Of a DNA stretch of 64,000 nucleotides, positions 11,743 to 26,338 are shown piece by piece. Position 1 is the first letter of the stretch; each line of letters starts with the position of its first letter. This DNA comes from the human T2T-CHM13v2.0 reference genome, Homo sapiens. Where the stretch lies: assembly GCF_009914755.1 (NCBI RefSeq), contig NC_060930.1; one strand, given 5' to 3'. A program made the translations under genes and the position numbers. Under the pieces are notes generated by a model that had not been told where the DNA came from, ran no database searches, and was given only the letters and a program-made list of their open reading frames with translations.

Positions 11743-14700
11743 GTGCGGACAAATAGATGTAATCATGGTGGCAGGAGTTCATAAATACATTTCCCCATCT
11801 ATAAAATGGGGCCATGATGGGGCCTACCCCAGGGCTGTTGGCAGAATGACCTCAGTCGTTCATCAGATGCGCATCTGAGCGGGAGCAGCTACTCAGCTCG
11901 GCAGGCTTCTGGGAGGAGGAGAGTTTTGAAGAGGGCAGGCATGCAGGAGGGCTGCAGAGGTCAGCACTTGGGCTGGGGCAGTGGGGGTCCTGCACCACCC
12001 TCTGACCCCACCATGTGAGTGATGGCACATGGGGGTTGTGGCAAGTTCTCCACAGGCCTCTACCCCCTTCTTTCCTGCTTCCAAAACGCTGCCCCCGACA
12101 CTGTCTATTCTTAAGACTGGCCTGACTCTGTCTGGGTGGTTTCGAAAGCATCCCCGATATTTTCAAGGCAATTCCTCATTGATCAGCATGGGCCAGGCCA
12201 GCTCATTTAAGACTCAGCAGAGCAGGCCCTGAGCAGATCCTGAGAGGAGGAGTTCTGCTCTTGGTTGAACGCTCAGCAGCTCATCAGAATGCACTGGAGG
12301 AGTGCATGGCACCCACGACTGTAAACTCCAATAATATTTTCTGTAATAAATGTGAGGAGTTCACAGTTGCTGCCATCCCTCCTCCGCTCTCACAGTGGAA
12401 ATGCCAGCTGCTGGAAGCTGTTTCCTGTAATTGTCTAATTACCAAGTAATGTTAGCAAAGAAAATATATATGTATTTGCAGTTTGTTTTTCCCCCTTTGG
12501 TTTCAGGTGTTCCATCTTCCCTCTCACTATGAACCTCCCACTGAGATTGATTCACTGCTGCCTGGACACCAGTCCCCTTAAGGTCATTAAAAAGTCATTA
12601 CCATCTTGTGTGTAAAGTCTGTGCCCCTGAAACCAGTGTTCTGGAAACAAAGAAAAATCACTGTCTCCATAAAAATGCTCTTATTCACACATGAAGGTGA
12701 CGCCATCTGACCATGCCCAGGGCTTGTGCTGGTGGCCTATTTTCTCGGTGGGCGACTGCTGTCCTCCCAGACCCCCAGCTCTCTTGGGGAGTTTGCTAGA
12801 TGGGATGCAGCCCATGGGCCGGCAGGGGAGCCTGCAAGGCCCTGTGGGGTTTCCACAGGCCTAGCTGTCTCTTGCGAGCCAAGCAGTGGAACTGACCACA
12901 CACTCATGTCCTTCCTCCAGCAGGTGAGGGGAAGTGAAGGGAGCAGCCCCTGGCCAAGGTTCACACTGTTTGGGACATCAGAGTCCCATCCCTGTCCCTA
13001 AAGGAAGCTAAGAGTACACTAAAGCTGGCCCACTGGCTGCTTCTCAGGCCACGCCTCCAGAAAGAGAAAAAGAAGTAGGATGAGTGACAGTAGCTGGTGA
13101 CAGCTATTAGGTTCAAGTCAGTTTCACAAAAAGGACTGGCTTGGGGAGGCGGTGGGAGTGGAAGAAACTGAGCAAAGATTTTGTTCTTTTCAGCCTTTTA
13201 GCTCAATGCCTGTCAAATATCCAAGTGATTCTGGACAGTTGGAAGCTCTTAGTCCTCAACAACATGCGTGTGGCTCTGAGAGTGAAGGCAGGCCCAGAAT
13301 CACGGCCCTGTGGTCCCACGCACTCCTCCCTCCAAGATGTAGAGGAGGTTTGAGGAGCCCAGGCAGTGAGGTCTCGCTGGGAGCCGTCCTGGGCAGAGCT
13401 GGCCTGAACCTGGGTCTCCCTCCCCTATCTCCCTTGCTGCTCCTCTTGCCTCCACTCTCCTCTCCCTACGTCAGTCTGGGCTCTGGGCTCTGGCCCCACT
13501 GCCCTTGCTTCTGCATGGGGAGGCAGGAGAGGCAGGGGAGGCAGGGCTGGCAGGGCAGCAGTCTGAGCGGGAGGGAACTTTGAGGAGTAAGAAGATCAGA
13601 AGGTCTCAATTTAATACCAATCTTCCATTACACTGCATTAATGTCTAATCACACTGGACTTCAGCCTGAGAGTTGAATATATGATTTCATTTTCAGCAGA
13701 GCCGGATAGCAATTCTAAACCAAAGTATCAGTAGTAAGGGAAGTTGGTTAGGACAAGGAAATGAGCATCTGTCTCCCCCCATCAGATTCCATTTCCCCTG
13801 AACTTTTTCAGAATAACTTGCCATGTTGCTTGAAGGGGAAATGACAAGGTGGCACCAGAGTGGTCACCACATTTGCAATCACTATGAAACCTCAAAGGAG
13901 CTGCCTTGGCTGAGATTTCACAGGGCCAGAAAACCACCTGCATTGTTTAGTCAATGCAAAACCTTGACTGCCATGTTTATTGGGCTTTATTGATAGCTGC
14001 ATAAATATTCCAACTCACCAGGTACCCAGAATCTCTTCTCTAGTAGGCAAAACCTCCAGGAAAGACAACAGACTGCTAGAGGCATGGCAGCCCGCCCAGT
14101 TCAGAGCCAGGGCTGGGCGCTGAGAGGAGGGTGTTTGAACAGGAGCAGTGAATTGTTAAAAAATAAATATGGTCTTAATAAAAACAAAAAAGCTTAATAA
14201 GAACAAAAAAACCCACGCAGGATTGATGTCCCAACCCCATACTGGCTCTGACTGGATGAACCGTTACCCTCTCCGGAATGCTGACAGAAATAACACCAGT
14301 CACCTGCTCACAGAAACGCATCTAGAATGAGGTCCCAATTATGTCCAATTTAAATATGTATCTATACACATACGTATTATTTTTAAATTTTTAATTATTT
14401 TTTATTTAATAAAAATTTTAAACTTATTTACTTTTTAAATTATTTTTTATTCTTTCCCATGCACACATGTGCAGAACTATACACGTATGTATTAAAACAT
14501 AGATGTCTATAAGAATGTTTGCCAAAATGTTGGTCCAGATTTTAGCTTTGGACGGAAGAATTTCAAGAGCCATTTAGTTTACTTTGGTGCTTTTCTGTAC
14601 TGTTTGAACTTGGTAGAATGTCTAATACACATAAGCATTAAACAGAGTACCTATCTTGCCTATTGTCCAAGGATTTAACAATACAGATCACACGGCCTGG

Positions 14701-14809
14701 AGCCAGTGAGAATGCCAGCACTGTATTATTACGCCAAGTATTCCAGTGGAGAGGGTCATGGGTGACGGTCAAGACAGCAGGCTTTACTCCTGGTCTTTCG
14801 GGACTAGGG

Positions 14810-15075
14810 GCAATGTGGCACAGGGGTGGAGAGCATGGGCTCTGTACCCTGGCTGCCAGTGTTTGAATCTTTATTTTGTGCTTTTAACAGCTCTAGGACC
14901 TTAAGCAAGTTGCTTAGCCTCTCTAGGCTGCAGTCTCTTCATCTGTAAAATGGGAATAATAGGAATAACTACCTAAATTATTTTGGTAAAGATTAAATAC
15001 ATTAACAAATATAAAACATCTAGAAAAGTATTGGCATATATTAAATACTACAAAAATTAGTTGATAGTGTTATTA
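14810..15075 (+). mobile_element. MIR
   Basis: accttaagcaagttgcttagcctctctaggctgcagtctcttcatctgtaaaatgggaataata core. Confidence 0.8.
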
Positions 15076-15839
15076 CCACTATAATTACATTCAGCCAGTG
15101 AGATACAGTGTTCCTGGGCCTCATCTGTGAGCTGTCAAGTTTGACAGTATATGATTCAATGATTACCACAGAGGTTCTTGGGACACCCAAGGTGACTCCC
15201 ATCAGCACCCATGTCTTGGAGGCAGACAAGCAGCTGGGCTTTGGAAGAATTAAATAAGTATGTTTTGAATACATTCTTGTGCATGGCACCGGCTGGGTGT
15301 TATGGAGGACATGTGCAAGATGTAGTGCCCCTTCCTTAAGAAGTGTGTAATCTCACCAGGGAGATGAGCTCTCCTTCCACAAACTCATTAGACAACAATG
15401 CAAACAGTACAGTGGTCCCAACTTATAAACAGGTGATGTTCCAAAACTTGCCTTGTAGTTGGTTGTTTGATGCTTGGAAACAATTTTTCCATAGAAATAA
15501 AGCTATAAATTTTGAGAGGGTGCCCAGACCCACCCACAAAACTCAATTTAACCCATAATGAAGCTAAAATACTATGTATATGTGAAAGAGGCAAAAAAGA
15601 GATATTGTTGTCAGAGTAGTAATTAAGCAAGCCAGAAAAACAAGGGATTTAAAACAATCTTTCTAAAGCTGCTGCTTGAGGAATGAGGATTAAATTCTGT
15701 AATGCAAATGAAATCATGGGGATGTAGCTGGAACATGGTAGGCGGTCTGTTAATAAGGAAAGTTAAAATAACGGGCCAGGTTTGTCATCCTAAAAGACTT
15801 CCCCATCCACAGACCACTGTCTGGTTTACAAAGTGTCTT

Positions 15840-16040
15840 AGAGTCGTGATCTATCTCATTTGGTTCCCAACACAATCTTTTGGGTAGGCAGCCAGGCAAT
15901 CTGAATCCCATTTCAGAGGCGAGGAAACTGAGGCAAAGAGAAGAGAAGTAATCTGTGCGACATCCTAGAGCTGTCAGGATAGAGTCAGCAATAGAAGCCA
16001 GATTTAATGACTGTGAGCTTAGTTTCTTTCCACCAAAGGG
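15840..16040 (-). mobile_element. MIR
   Basis: cccatttcagaggcgaggaaactgaggcaaagaga. Confidence 0.65.
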
Positions 16041-16164
16041 CAAGATGAAGACCTTTCAAATAATTTAGAGGCCAAGGCACTGACTAGTCACTGTCCCCTG
16101 GGTTTTATTTTCCTGGCTCCCAGAATATTATTGACACCTCATTTACGTGTCTGTGTCATGCCTC

Positions 16165-16360
16165 CGGGGCCAGAACCATATGGATCATACACACGAGTGG
16201 ATCATAAGGTGGCCTCAGGTAAGTGACCATCCGCTAAAGTCTCCGTTTCCCGTGTGAAGTAGGGGTGATAACAGTACTTACCATTTGGGGTTGTGAGGAC
16301 TCAAGGAGAAAACACAAAGAGCATGGCATGTGGTGAAAGCAAATTAACTGTTGGCTATTA
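16165..16360 (+). mobile_element. MIR
   Basis: ctccgtttcccgtgtgaagtaggggtgataacagtactta...ttgtgaggactcaa. Confidence 0.6.
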
Positions 16361-16449
16361 CTCTCACATCTTTACATTCACACATATGGCAAACTGGAAA
16401 GAAAAGAGGCTCAGCAGGTGCTCTATGAAAAGATCAGTATGGAAAAAGA

Positions 16450-16830
16450 TCTAAAACAGAAGCCTTGCTCAAAAGCAAGTTAGAGGACAATATGTACAAT
16501 ATGGGATTACACACACTAAACTGTATGCATGACTCAGGAAAACGTACAGGTCTGTAAAATAGTGTGAAATATTCTGGAAGGATAGATGCTAAATTCTTGA
16601 CAGTGATTGTTCGCTGAGGAGAGGGCGAGGACTGGGACTGCTGATGGGGAACAAAGGAGATTTCAGCATTAACTAGAATGTTTCATTTCTTTGATTAAAA
16701 TAAAAAAGACTTGAAGTATATGCAAAAAATATTAAATAGGGTCAATTCTGGGGATAAGTATGTGAGCAAATGTTTTATTATTTTTATTCTCTTATGGATT
16801 TTAAACAGTTCTTGAAATAAATAAAAAGAA
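16450..16830 (+). mobile_element. Old L1ME-type 3' end fragment
   Basis: attctggaaggatagatgctaaattcttgacagtg...gacttgaagtatatgcaaaaaatattaa with A-rich end. Confidence 0.55.
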
Positions 16831-18084
16831 AGAGACAGAAGAGGAGAAAGGGATTAAAACAATGTCTGTGTTCAGGTGGGCAGGAATTTGCTGGAGATGG
16901 AATTAGCTAAACTATAAATATAAAAATTAGTGGGGGAAGTGGAGTTGGTCCTGCAGTAGCAGTGTGGATCTCGCAGGTGGTGCTGCTGGCTCCAGCCAGC
17001 TGTGTCACCATCGGAAAGAAGCAGAGGACAGGAGAGCCACCGGATGGGAGGAATGTACGGTCGCCATCAGCAAGGGAGGGTTTGCGTGAGTGGCTCTGGA
17101 TGATAAGGACACTGCACAGGCCCATAAGTGACGAGAGAAAGGGTGACCGTAGTGCTCAGCAGAGAGCAGCTCTCTGTCCTGAGCCTTGTTTTGCCTTCTC
17201 TGAGGATTCAGGATCCTGTGGCAAGGGTGAGGGTGCCTAGTCTTCTTGAATCTGGAAAACTATGTGACTCTACTGCACATACTATAAAGAGAAAGCACAT
17301 ATCAGAACTTTTCTGCAGCAGACCTGTTGAACACTGGGGAGACAGAGACAGGAAAGTATTTGGCTAGGGCCAGACTGGCAAGTAAACACAGCAAACTCAA
17401 CACATGGCACAGAATGCATTCTTTCCACTAAAATGGCACTAAAGAAATATTTGTTTCCCATCAAATATATGTGTTATATATTAATTAATTAATACATGCA
17501 GACACATGCATGACCACAAAACAAAGAGGAAGAATGAGGAGGTATGACTGTCTCTCTGCATCGGCACCTCAGAGAGGAAGGCACACAGAAAGCAAGTGGA
17601 ATCACACCACAGAACCCTAGAAAGGCTCAGATCCTCAAGTCACCAGCTACCTTTGAAGGTGGAGGTGTGCAGGGGGCTGAACCAGGAAGACTGGTTGAAA
17701 GAAGGAAAAAGGAGCAGGTGCACTCCTCAAATCCCTTCCCCTCCTTCCTGCATAGTGGGGACAACCATCCCTTCACCTTGACAGGAGACACACATTTCCC
17801 TCTGGAGACCATGAACAGAGAAGATCTGAACTCCGGGGACCTAGGCACAGCAGAGGGTAGAATCCTGTAGCAGCTGAGAGCAAAGGAGTTACATGGAAGT
17901 CATATCCCGGATGGTGAGACCCCCCCAGTTCCCTTCCCTCAATTGGCTTTCAGGCCCCCGTGATACAGTCTTAAACCCCAGGCAGGAGACTGGAGAGTCC
18001 CTTTCGGGAGCCGCTGACTGGCCCAAGAGGAAAGAGCTACAGATACTGAACGACCTTCCCTCTCTCTGTCCCTCTCTCCTTTCT

Positions 18085-18395
18085 TCCATAAATATTGATC
18101 AAGTCCTTACTATGGAATAAGCCCATTTTTAGACCCTGAGGATATAGCATACAACAAAGTTCCTGCCCTCCAAGAGCTTATGTTCTAATGGGAAGGAGAC
18201 AGAAAAAAAACAAATTTATCAGCGTTAAAAAGGGGCTATGGAGAAACACAAAACAGTGTTAAGTAGACTTGGAGGAACACATTGCTTTAGTTAACATATT
18301 TAGGGAAGGTCTCTTGGGTAAGGTGACAAATGAGCTAACACCTACACAACTGGAGGACACAGCCATGCAGATCTGAAAGGGCATCCCAGTGAGAA
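18085..18395. mobile_element. L2a fragment
   Basis: aaagttcctgccctccaagagcttatgttctaatggg...tagggaaggtctct. Confidence 0.7.
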
Positions 18396-19545
18396 GGCAC
18401 AGAAAGCACTAGTGTGCTGGGCAGGGGTATCCTAGTGAAACATCTAATCCCTGCCTGATAACCCTCAGTGAAGCCCACAAACCCATCCATATACTAGAAG
18501 CTTCCAGCCAGCTTTCACAATGCCTAACATTTAAAGGGGAATGGGGGCAAGAAAAGCCTGGGCTGCTGCCCCTAAACTGTAGGCAGGGGTGACCATGGGC
18601 TACCATCCTCGAGGCTTGGGGTGGAGGCACAAACAAAGCTCTATTTTAGGACCTGCCTCTACAGACTGCACACTGTCCTGGATCCCAGTGAAGCCAGACC
18701 TGAGGTCAGGAGAAGCATGGCCTGCTGTCCTCAGGGCTTAGATGTGCACAGGCTATGCACTCAGGGCTGAGGGGCAACCAAGGTGCTGGCTACCACAGCA
18801 GGGTCTGAGGTATGAGCACCACGGGCATTTCCCACCTGCAGGCCTAGGCTACTGTCACTGAAGGTGGCACTGCCCTCTCCAGGGAAACAAATGAAAATGA
18901 AAACAAAATAGACCAAAACCTGTGGGACACTGCAAAAGCAGTACTCAGAGGGAAGTTTACAGATTTAAGCCCCTATATACAAAAGTAGAAAGGTTTCAAA
19001 TAAACAATATAATAATGTACCTCAAGAAACTAGAAAAGGAGGAACAAATCAAACTCCTAAATTAGCAGGAGGAAAGAAACAATAAAGATTAGAGCAGAAT
19101 TAAATGAAATAGAGACTACATAAAAATACAAAGGATCAATGAAATGGAAAATTGGTTCTTAGAAAAGATAAACAAAATTGATAAACTGCTAGCTAGACTA
19201 ACCAAGAAGAGAGAAGACCCAAATTAACAAAATTAGAAGTGAAAAAGGAAACATTACAACTGATGCCACCGAAATACAAAAGATCATCAAAGACTATTCT
19301 GAACAACTATATGCTAACAAACTAGAAAACCTAGAAGAAATGGATAAACTCCTGGAAACATGCAATCTATCAAGATTGAATCAGGAAGAAATAGAAAACG
19401 TGAACAGATCAATAATGAGTAGTGAAATGGAATCCATAACAAAAAGTCTCCCAACAAAGAAAAGCTCAGGACCTGATGGATTCACTGACAAATTCTACCA
19501 AACATATAAAGAGGAACTAATACCAATCCTCTTCAAACTATTCTA

Positions 19546-19721
<176 letters not shown>

Positions 19722-20480
19722 TCCCAAAACCAAAGAGGAGGGAATACTCCTTAACTCATTCTGCAAGACCAGCATTACCCTGACACCAAAACCTGACAAG
19801 AACAAAACAACAAAAGAAAACTACAGGCCAATATCCTCAATGAACACAGACACAAAACTTCTCAAAAAAATACTAGCAAACCAAATTTAACAGAGCATCA
19901 AAAAGATAATACACCATGATCAAGTGGGATCTAACCCAGGGATGCAAGGATGGTTTAACAGACACAAATCAATAAACGTGATACATTAGATCAACAAAAT
20001 CGAGGACAAAAACCATATGATCATTTCAATAGACACAGAAAAAGCATTTAATAGAATTCAACATCCCTTCATAATAAGAAGTCTCAACAAACTAGCCATA
20101 TAAGGATATACCTCAAAATAATAAAAGCCATCTATGACAAACCCATAGCTAACATCGTACTGAATGGGGAAAAGTTGAAATTCTTTTCTGTAAGAACTGG
20201 AACAAGACATGGATGCCCACTCTCACCACTCGTATTCAACATAGTACTAGAAGTCATAGGCAGGGCAATCAAGCAAGAGAAAGAAATAAAAGGCATCCAA
20301 ATTGGAAAAGAGGATGTCAAATTGTTCCTTTTTGCAGATGACATCTTATATTCAGAAAGACCAAAGGATTCCACCCAAAAACTCTTAAGGGTTGATAAGC
20401 AGATTCAGTAAAGCTGCAGGATACAAAACCATCATACAAAATTCAGTAGCATTTCTATACACCAATAATGAACTAGCTAA

Positions 20481-21051
<571 letters not shown>

Positions 21052-22735
21052 CAAAAATGTCATTTTTTACAGAAACAGAAAAAAAAAATCCTAAAATTCA
21101 TGTAGAACCAAAAAAGAGCCAGTATAGCTAAAGCAATCCTAAGAAAAAAGAACAAAGCTAGAGGCTTTGCAGTCACTACCTGACTTCAAAATATAGTACA
21201 AGGCTATAGTAATCAAAACAGATGGTATGAGTATAAAAACAGCCCAACAGAGTATACTGGAACACCCAGAAATAAATCCACATATCTACAGCCAACTGAT
21301 ACTCAACAAAGGAACCAAGAACTTACACCAGGGAAAGGATACCCTCTTCAATAAATGGTGCTGGGAAAATTGGATATCCATATGCAAACTGGACCCCTAT
21401 CTCTCATCATATACAAAAATCAACTCAAGATTGATTAAGGACTTAAATGTAAGACCTGAAACTATAAAAATAATAGAAGAAAACATAGGGAAACCAGTTC
21501 AGGATATTGGTCTAGCCAAATGGGACTGTATTAAATTTAAAAATTTATGCACAGCAAAGTAAATAATCAATAGAGTGATAAGGTAATCTGTTGAATAGGA
21601 GAAAATACCCGCAAACTATTCATCTAACAAGGGACTAATATCCAGAATGTACAAATAAAAATTTCATTAAAAAATGGGCAAAGGACATGAATAGACACTT
21701 TTCAAAAGAAGACATACAAATAGCCAAAGGGTATATGAAAAAATGCTCAACATCACTAAGCATTGGGAAAATGTAAATCAAAACCACAATGAGATATCAT
21801 CTTACCTCAGTTAGAATGCTATTATTAAAAAGACAAAAATAATAGATGTTGGTAAGAATGAAGAGAAAAAGGAACTCTTATACACTGTTGGTGGGAATGT
21901 AAATTAGTACAGAAACCATGGAAAACAGTATAGAGATTTCTCAATAAACTACTACTATTTTTCAAGCTGAGAAATAAATTTTTAAAAATCTAAAAGTACA
22001 ACTATAGGAAATGGATAAATTTCTGGAAACATGCAATCTACCAAATGATCCAGCAATTTCACTTCTGGCTATCTATCCAAAAAAAAAGAAATCAGTATTT
22101 CAAAGGGATATCTGCACTCACATGTTAATGTGGCACTATTCACAATAGCAAAGAGATGGAATCAACCTAAGTGTCCATCAATGGACGTAAGGGTAAAGAA
22201 AATGTGGTATATTTACATAATGCAATACTGTTTGGCCATAAAAAAGAATGAAATCATGTCATTTGCAGCAACACGGATGAAACTGAAGGTCATTATGTTA
22301 AGTGATATCATTCAGGCCCAGAAAGACAAACCCCACATGTTTTCTCTCATATGTAGGAGCTAAAAAACTTGATCATATGAAGATAGAGAACAGAATGATA
22401 GATGCCAAAGGGTGGGAAGGGTGTGAAGGTGGAAGGGGGAAATGAAGAAAGGGGGGTGAATAGGTAGGAATTTACAGTTAGTTAGAAGAAATAAGTTCTA
22501 ATGTTCCATAGCAGACTAGGGTGACTATAGTTAGCAACAATGTATTGTATATTTCAAAGTAGCTAAAAGGACTTGAAATGCTACCAACACATAGAAATGA
22601 TAAATACTCAAGATGATGAATACTCCAAATAACCTGACTTGGTCATTACACATTCTATGCATGTAAAAAGCATTCACATGTAGCCCATAAATATGTAAAA
22701 CACTATGTATCAATAAAATTAAAAATTAAAAAAAG

Positions 22736-23415
22736 ATAACAGCAACTGTTGATGAAAATGTGAAGAAACTGGAACCCCTATATACTGCTTGTGGGAATGT
22801 TCAAAGGTGTGGCCACTTTGGAAAACAACCTGGCAGTTCCTCAGGTGGTTAAATAGAGAGGCGTGATATGATCCAAAAATTCTACTTCAAGATACATACC
22901 CAAGAAAAATGAAAACACATGTCCACACAAAAACTTGTTCATGAATCTTCACAGCTGCATTATTCATAATAAAAAGTGGAAACAACCCAAATGTCCATCA
23001 ACTGATGAATGGATAGATAAAATGTAGTATATCCATACACTGGAATACTGTTCAGCAATAATAAGATTTTGATACACGCTATTAATATAATATGATGAAC
23101 CCGCTAAGTGAAAGAAGCCAATAACAAAGGATCATGTATTGTATGATTCCATTTATATGAAATGTATAGAATATACAGACAGAAAGTAGATTAGTGGTTG
23201 CCTAGGGCTGGGGAATTAACTGGGGGGATTGGGAGGTGATGGCTATTGGGTATGTGGTTTCTTTCTAGAGTAATGAAAATGTTCAAAAATTGATTATGGT
23301 GATGGATGCAAACTCTGTGAATATACTAAAGCCATGGAATTGTGCACTTTCAGTGGGTGAATTGTATGGTATATGAATTGTATCTCAATAAAGCTGTTTA
23401 AAATGTTCAAAAAAA
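22736..23415 (+). mobile_element. L1MB-type 3' fragment
   Basis: tgtccacacaaaaacttg...gacagaaagtagattagtggttgcctaggg...tgaattgtatctcaataaagctgtt. Confidence 0.85.
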
Positions 23416-24331
23416 GACTGTAACATGAAAGATGACCAACAGCAAATAGAGAAAAGTAATGACTCAGAGGACATGGATACAGTTCAGTAAGCAGAATACA
23501 GCTTCAGGAAAAAAAAACCCTAAATTATCCTCAGAAAGATAAAAGGAAGCATTATTACATCTTTGAAATAGGAATAAATAAAATGATATGAAAAAATAAC
23601 ATTTAGTGAACAAGAAAGTGCTCTTGTAAATTAAAACTATGAGCGACATAAATAATTCAACAAATGGGTTAGAAAGTTAAGTTGAGGAAATTTCCCAGAA
23701 TGTCAAATCAAATGACAAAGATAAAAAATAGAAGAGAAAGTATAAGAGAATAGAAGAATCAAATGAGGAATTCCACCATCTAATTTAGATGTTCCAGTAA
23801 GAAATATGATGTTCCAGAGAAAATATGAGCTAGGAAAGTGCCAAAGTCACACAACAAATTTTCCCACATATGAAGGACATAAGATTCCAGGTTAAAGATC
23901 CTACTAAGTAGCCATTACAAGAAATGAGAAAAGATCCGCACCAAAGTATATTATTAAGAAACTTTGGAAGATCTTAAAAGTTCTGGAGGGGGAAAAAGCA
24001 GGTCATCACAAAGACCTGGGAATCAGGTTCACATAAATTTTTCAAAAGCAACACTGGGGGTGAGAAGATAATAGATCACTTCCTTCCAAATGCTGAGGGA
24101 AAAATTAGTGACCATTCCCAGACAAAGTAAATGAAGTATGAGAACAGAATAAAGAAATTGTCATTCAGGCATAAAAAAAATTCACCTTCATCCTCTCTTT
24201 GTATTTATGCGAAGAAAAATAAAAATAATAAAATAAAAACTTCACCTCCAATGCATTCACAAGGAACTACCAGAAAATGTGTTCCACCAAAACAAAGGAC
24301 CAACTTAAGATAAAGAAAGTTATGGGATACT

Positions 24332-24590
<259 letters not shown>

Positions 24591-24903
24591 GAAGTTATGG
24601 GATCCACAAAACAGAGAATGTGAAATGGAATAAAGGCAAGAAGAATTCCTAAGATAATGGGATGGGAGATCCCAGGATGAGAGCCGTAAAACAGGCCCAC
24701 AGGACAACTAGTCCAGACTGCAGAGGGAAGGCGGGCAGCTTATGGGAACATCTCAAGGGAGAAAGAGAAACTAATTGACCAGATGTATTAACCAGGTTAC
24801 AAGAATTTGTGTTGCTCTGACAACACAAATTGTGTTGTGGGGGAAGAATCAGTGATAGTACACAGAAAATTAATGAAGGATAGGTATACAGAAAACTAAG
24901 CAA

Positions 24904-25222
24904 TTTTTTTTTTTTGGAGATGGAGTCTTGCTCTGTTGCCAGGCTAGAGTACAGTGGCATGATTTTGGCTCACTGCAACCTCGCCTCCCAGCTTGGGAGG
25001 CTTGAACCCACCTCCCGGGTTCAAGCAATTCTCTGCCTCAGCCTCCCAAGTAGCTGGGATTACAGGCACCTGCCACCATGCCCAGCTAATTTTTGTATTT
25101 TTAGTAGAGATGGGGTTTCACCATCTTGGCCAGGCTGGTCTTGAACTCCTGACCTCACGTGATCCACCTGCCTCAGCCTCCCAAAGTGCTGGGATTACAG
25201 GCATGAGACACTGCACCTGGCC
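24904..25222 (-). mobile_element. AluS with internal inverted micro-insertion
   Basis: Full dimer, with extra sequence at ~24983-25009. Confidence 0.95.
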
Positions 25223-26021
25223 ACTTTTTAACTCTAGGGAAAACAAATGATAAAAAAAAAAAGGTGATCATAGTACACTACATGGCTTGGCTCTGAACGA
25301 TAGTTACATAGTCATCCTAATGCCAACAAGAAATCTGATACAAAGAAAAACTGTGATTTAACTAAACAGGAGGATGAAGCAGACAGGTGCATGTGTGTAC
25401 TTGCAAGGGCAGAGGGCAATGAAACTAAATCCTTATCTTTCAAAGTAGGAACACAATAGATAATTCCAGTAATGTAATTAGGAAATAGCAGAATAAGCAC
25501 ATAGTTTAGAATATGAAGATACAGACCAAAAAAAAAAGAAGTCTAAAAGAGATGAATATGTTTGCTTCAAAATCTAAAAGTCTGACCATGTGTTATATTG
25601 GACAAGGTAGGGTGACACAGGCACTCTGACATATTGCCAGAGGAAGTACAAGTTGACATACCCTCAACTAGCAAAATGTTAAATGCACATACCCCTAGAG
25701 CCAGCAATTCCCTTATACTACTTTAACTTATGATGTGTTTGCAGCATAGGGAAGAAGAATAGGGATTGCACTGCAGCATCATTTGAACAGCAAGAGAGCC
25801 ACCTAAATGCTCATCACTGGGGATTGGTTAAGTACATTATGGTAGATTCCTATCCTTATAATGAAGGACTATGAGCTGGGGGATGGGGGATGGGGAGAGG
25901 GAGGAAATGCAAGAGATCTCCAAGGTACAGAAAAATCTGTGTTAAAAGAAAATGGGGTCAATGATGTAATGGCATGTATTAGCTGAATCCAGAGTTGATA
26001 TGAGTTCTAAAATTACACTGA

Positions 26022-26338
26022 AGCTGGGTGTGGCAGTTCATGCCTGTAATCCCAGCACTTTGGGAGACCAAGGCGGGAGGACTGCTGGAGCCCAGGAGTT
26101 CAAGAGATCAGCCTGGGGCATATAGTGAGACCCTGTCTCTACAAAAAGTAAAAAATTAGGTAGGTGTGGTGGCACATGCTTGTAGTCTCAGCTACTTGGA
26201 AGGCTGAGGTGGGAGGATCACCTGAGCCTGGGGGATCAGGGCTGCAGTGAGCCGTGACTGCACTGCTGCATTCCAGCCTGGGCGACAGAGCGAGCCCTGT
26301 CTCAAAAATAAACAAACAAACAAACATTAAACATCAAA
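26022..26338 (+). mobile_element. AluJ
   Basis: gagcccaggagtt and gctgcagtgagccgtga diagnostics; TSD TAAAATTACACTGA. Confidence 0.9.
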
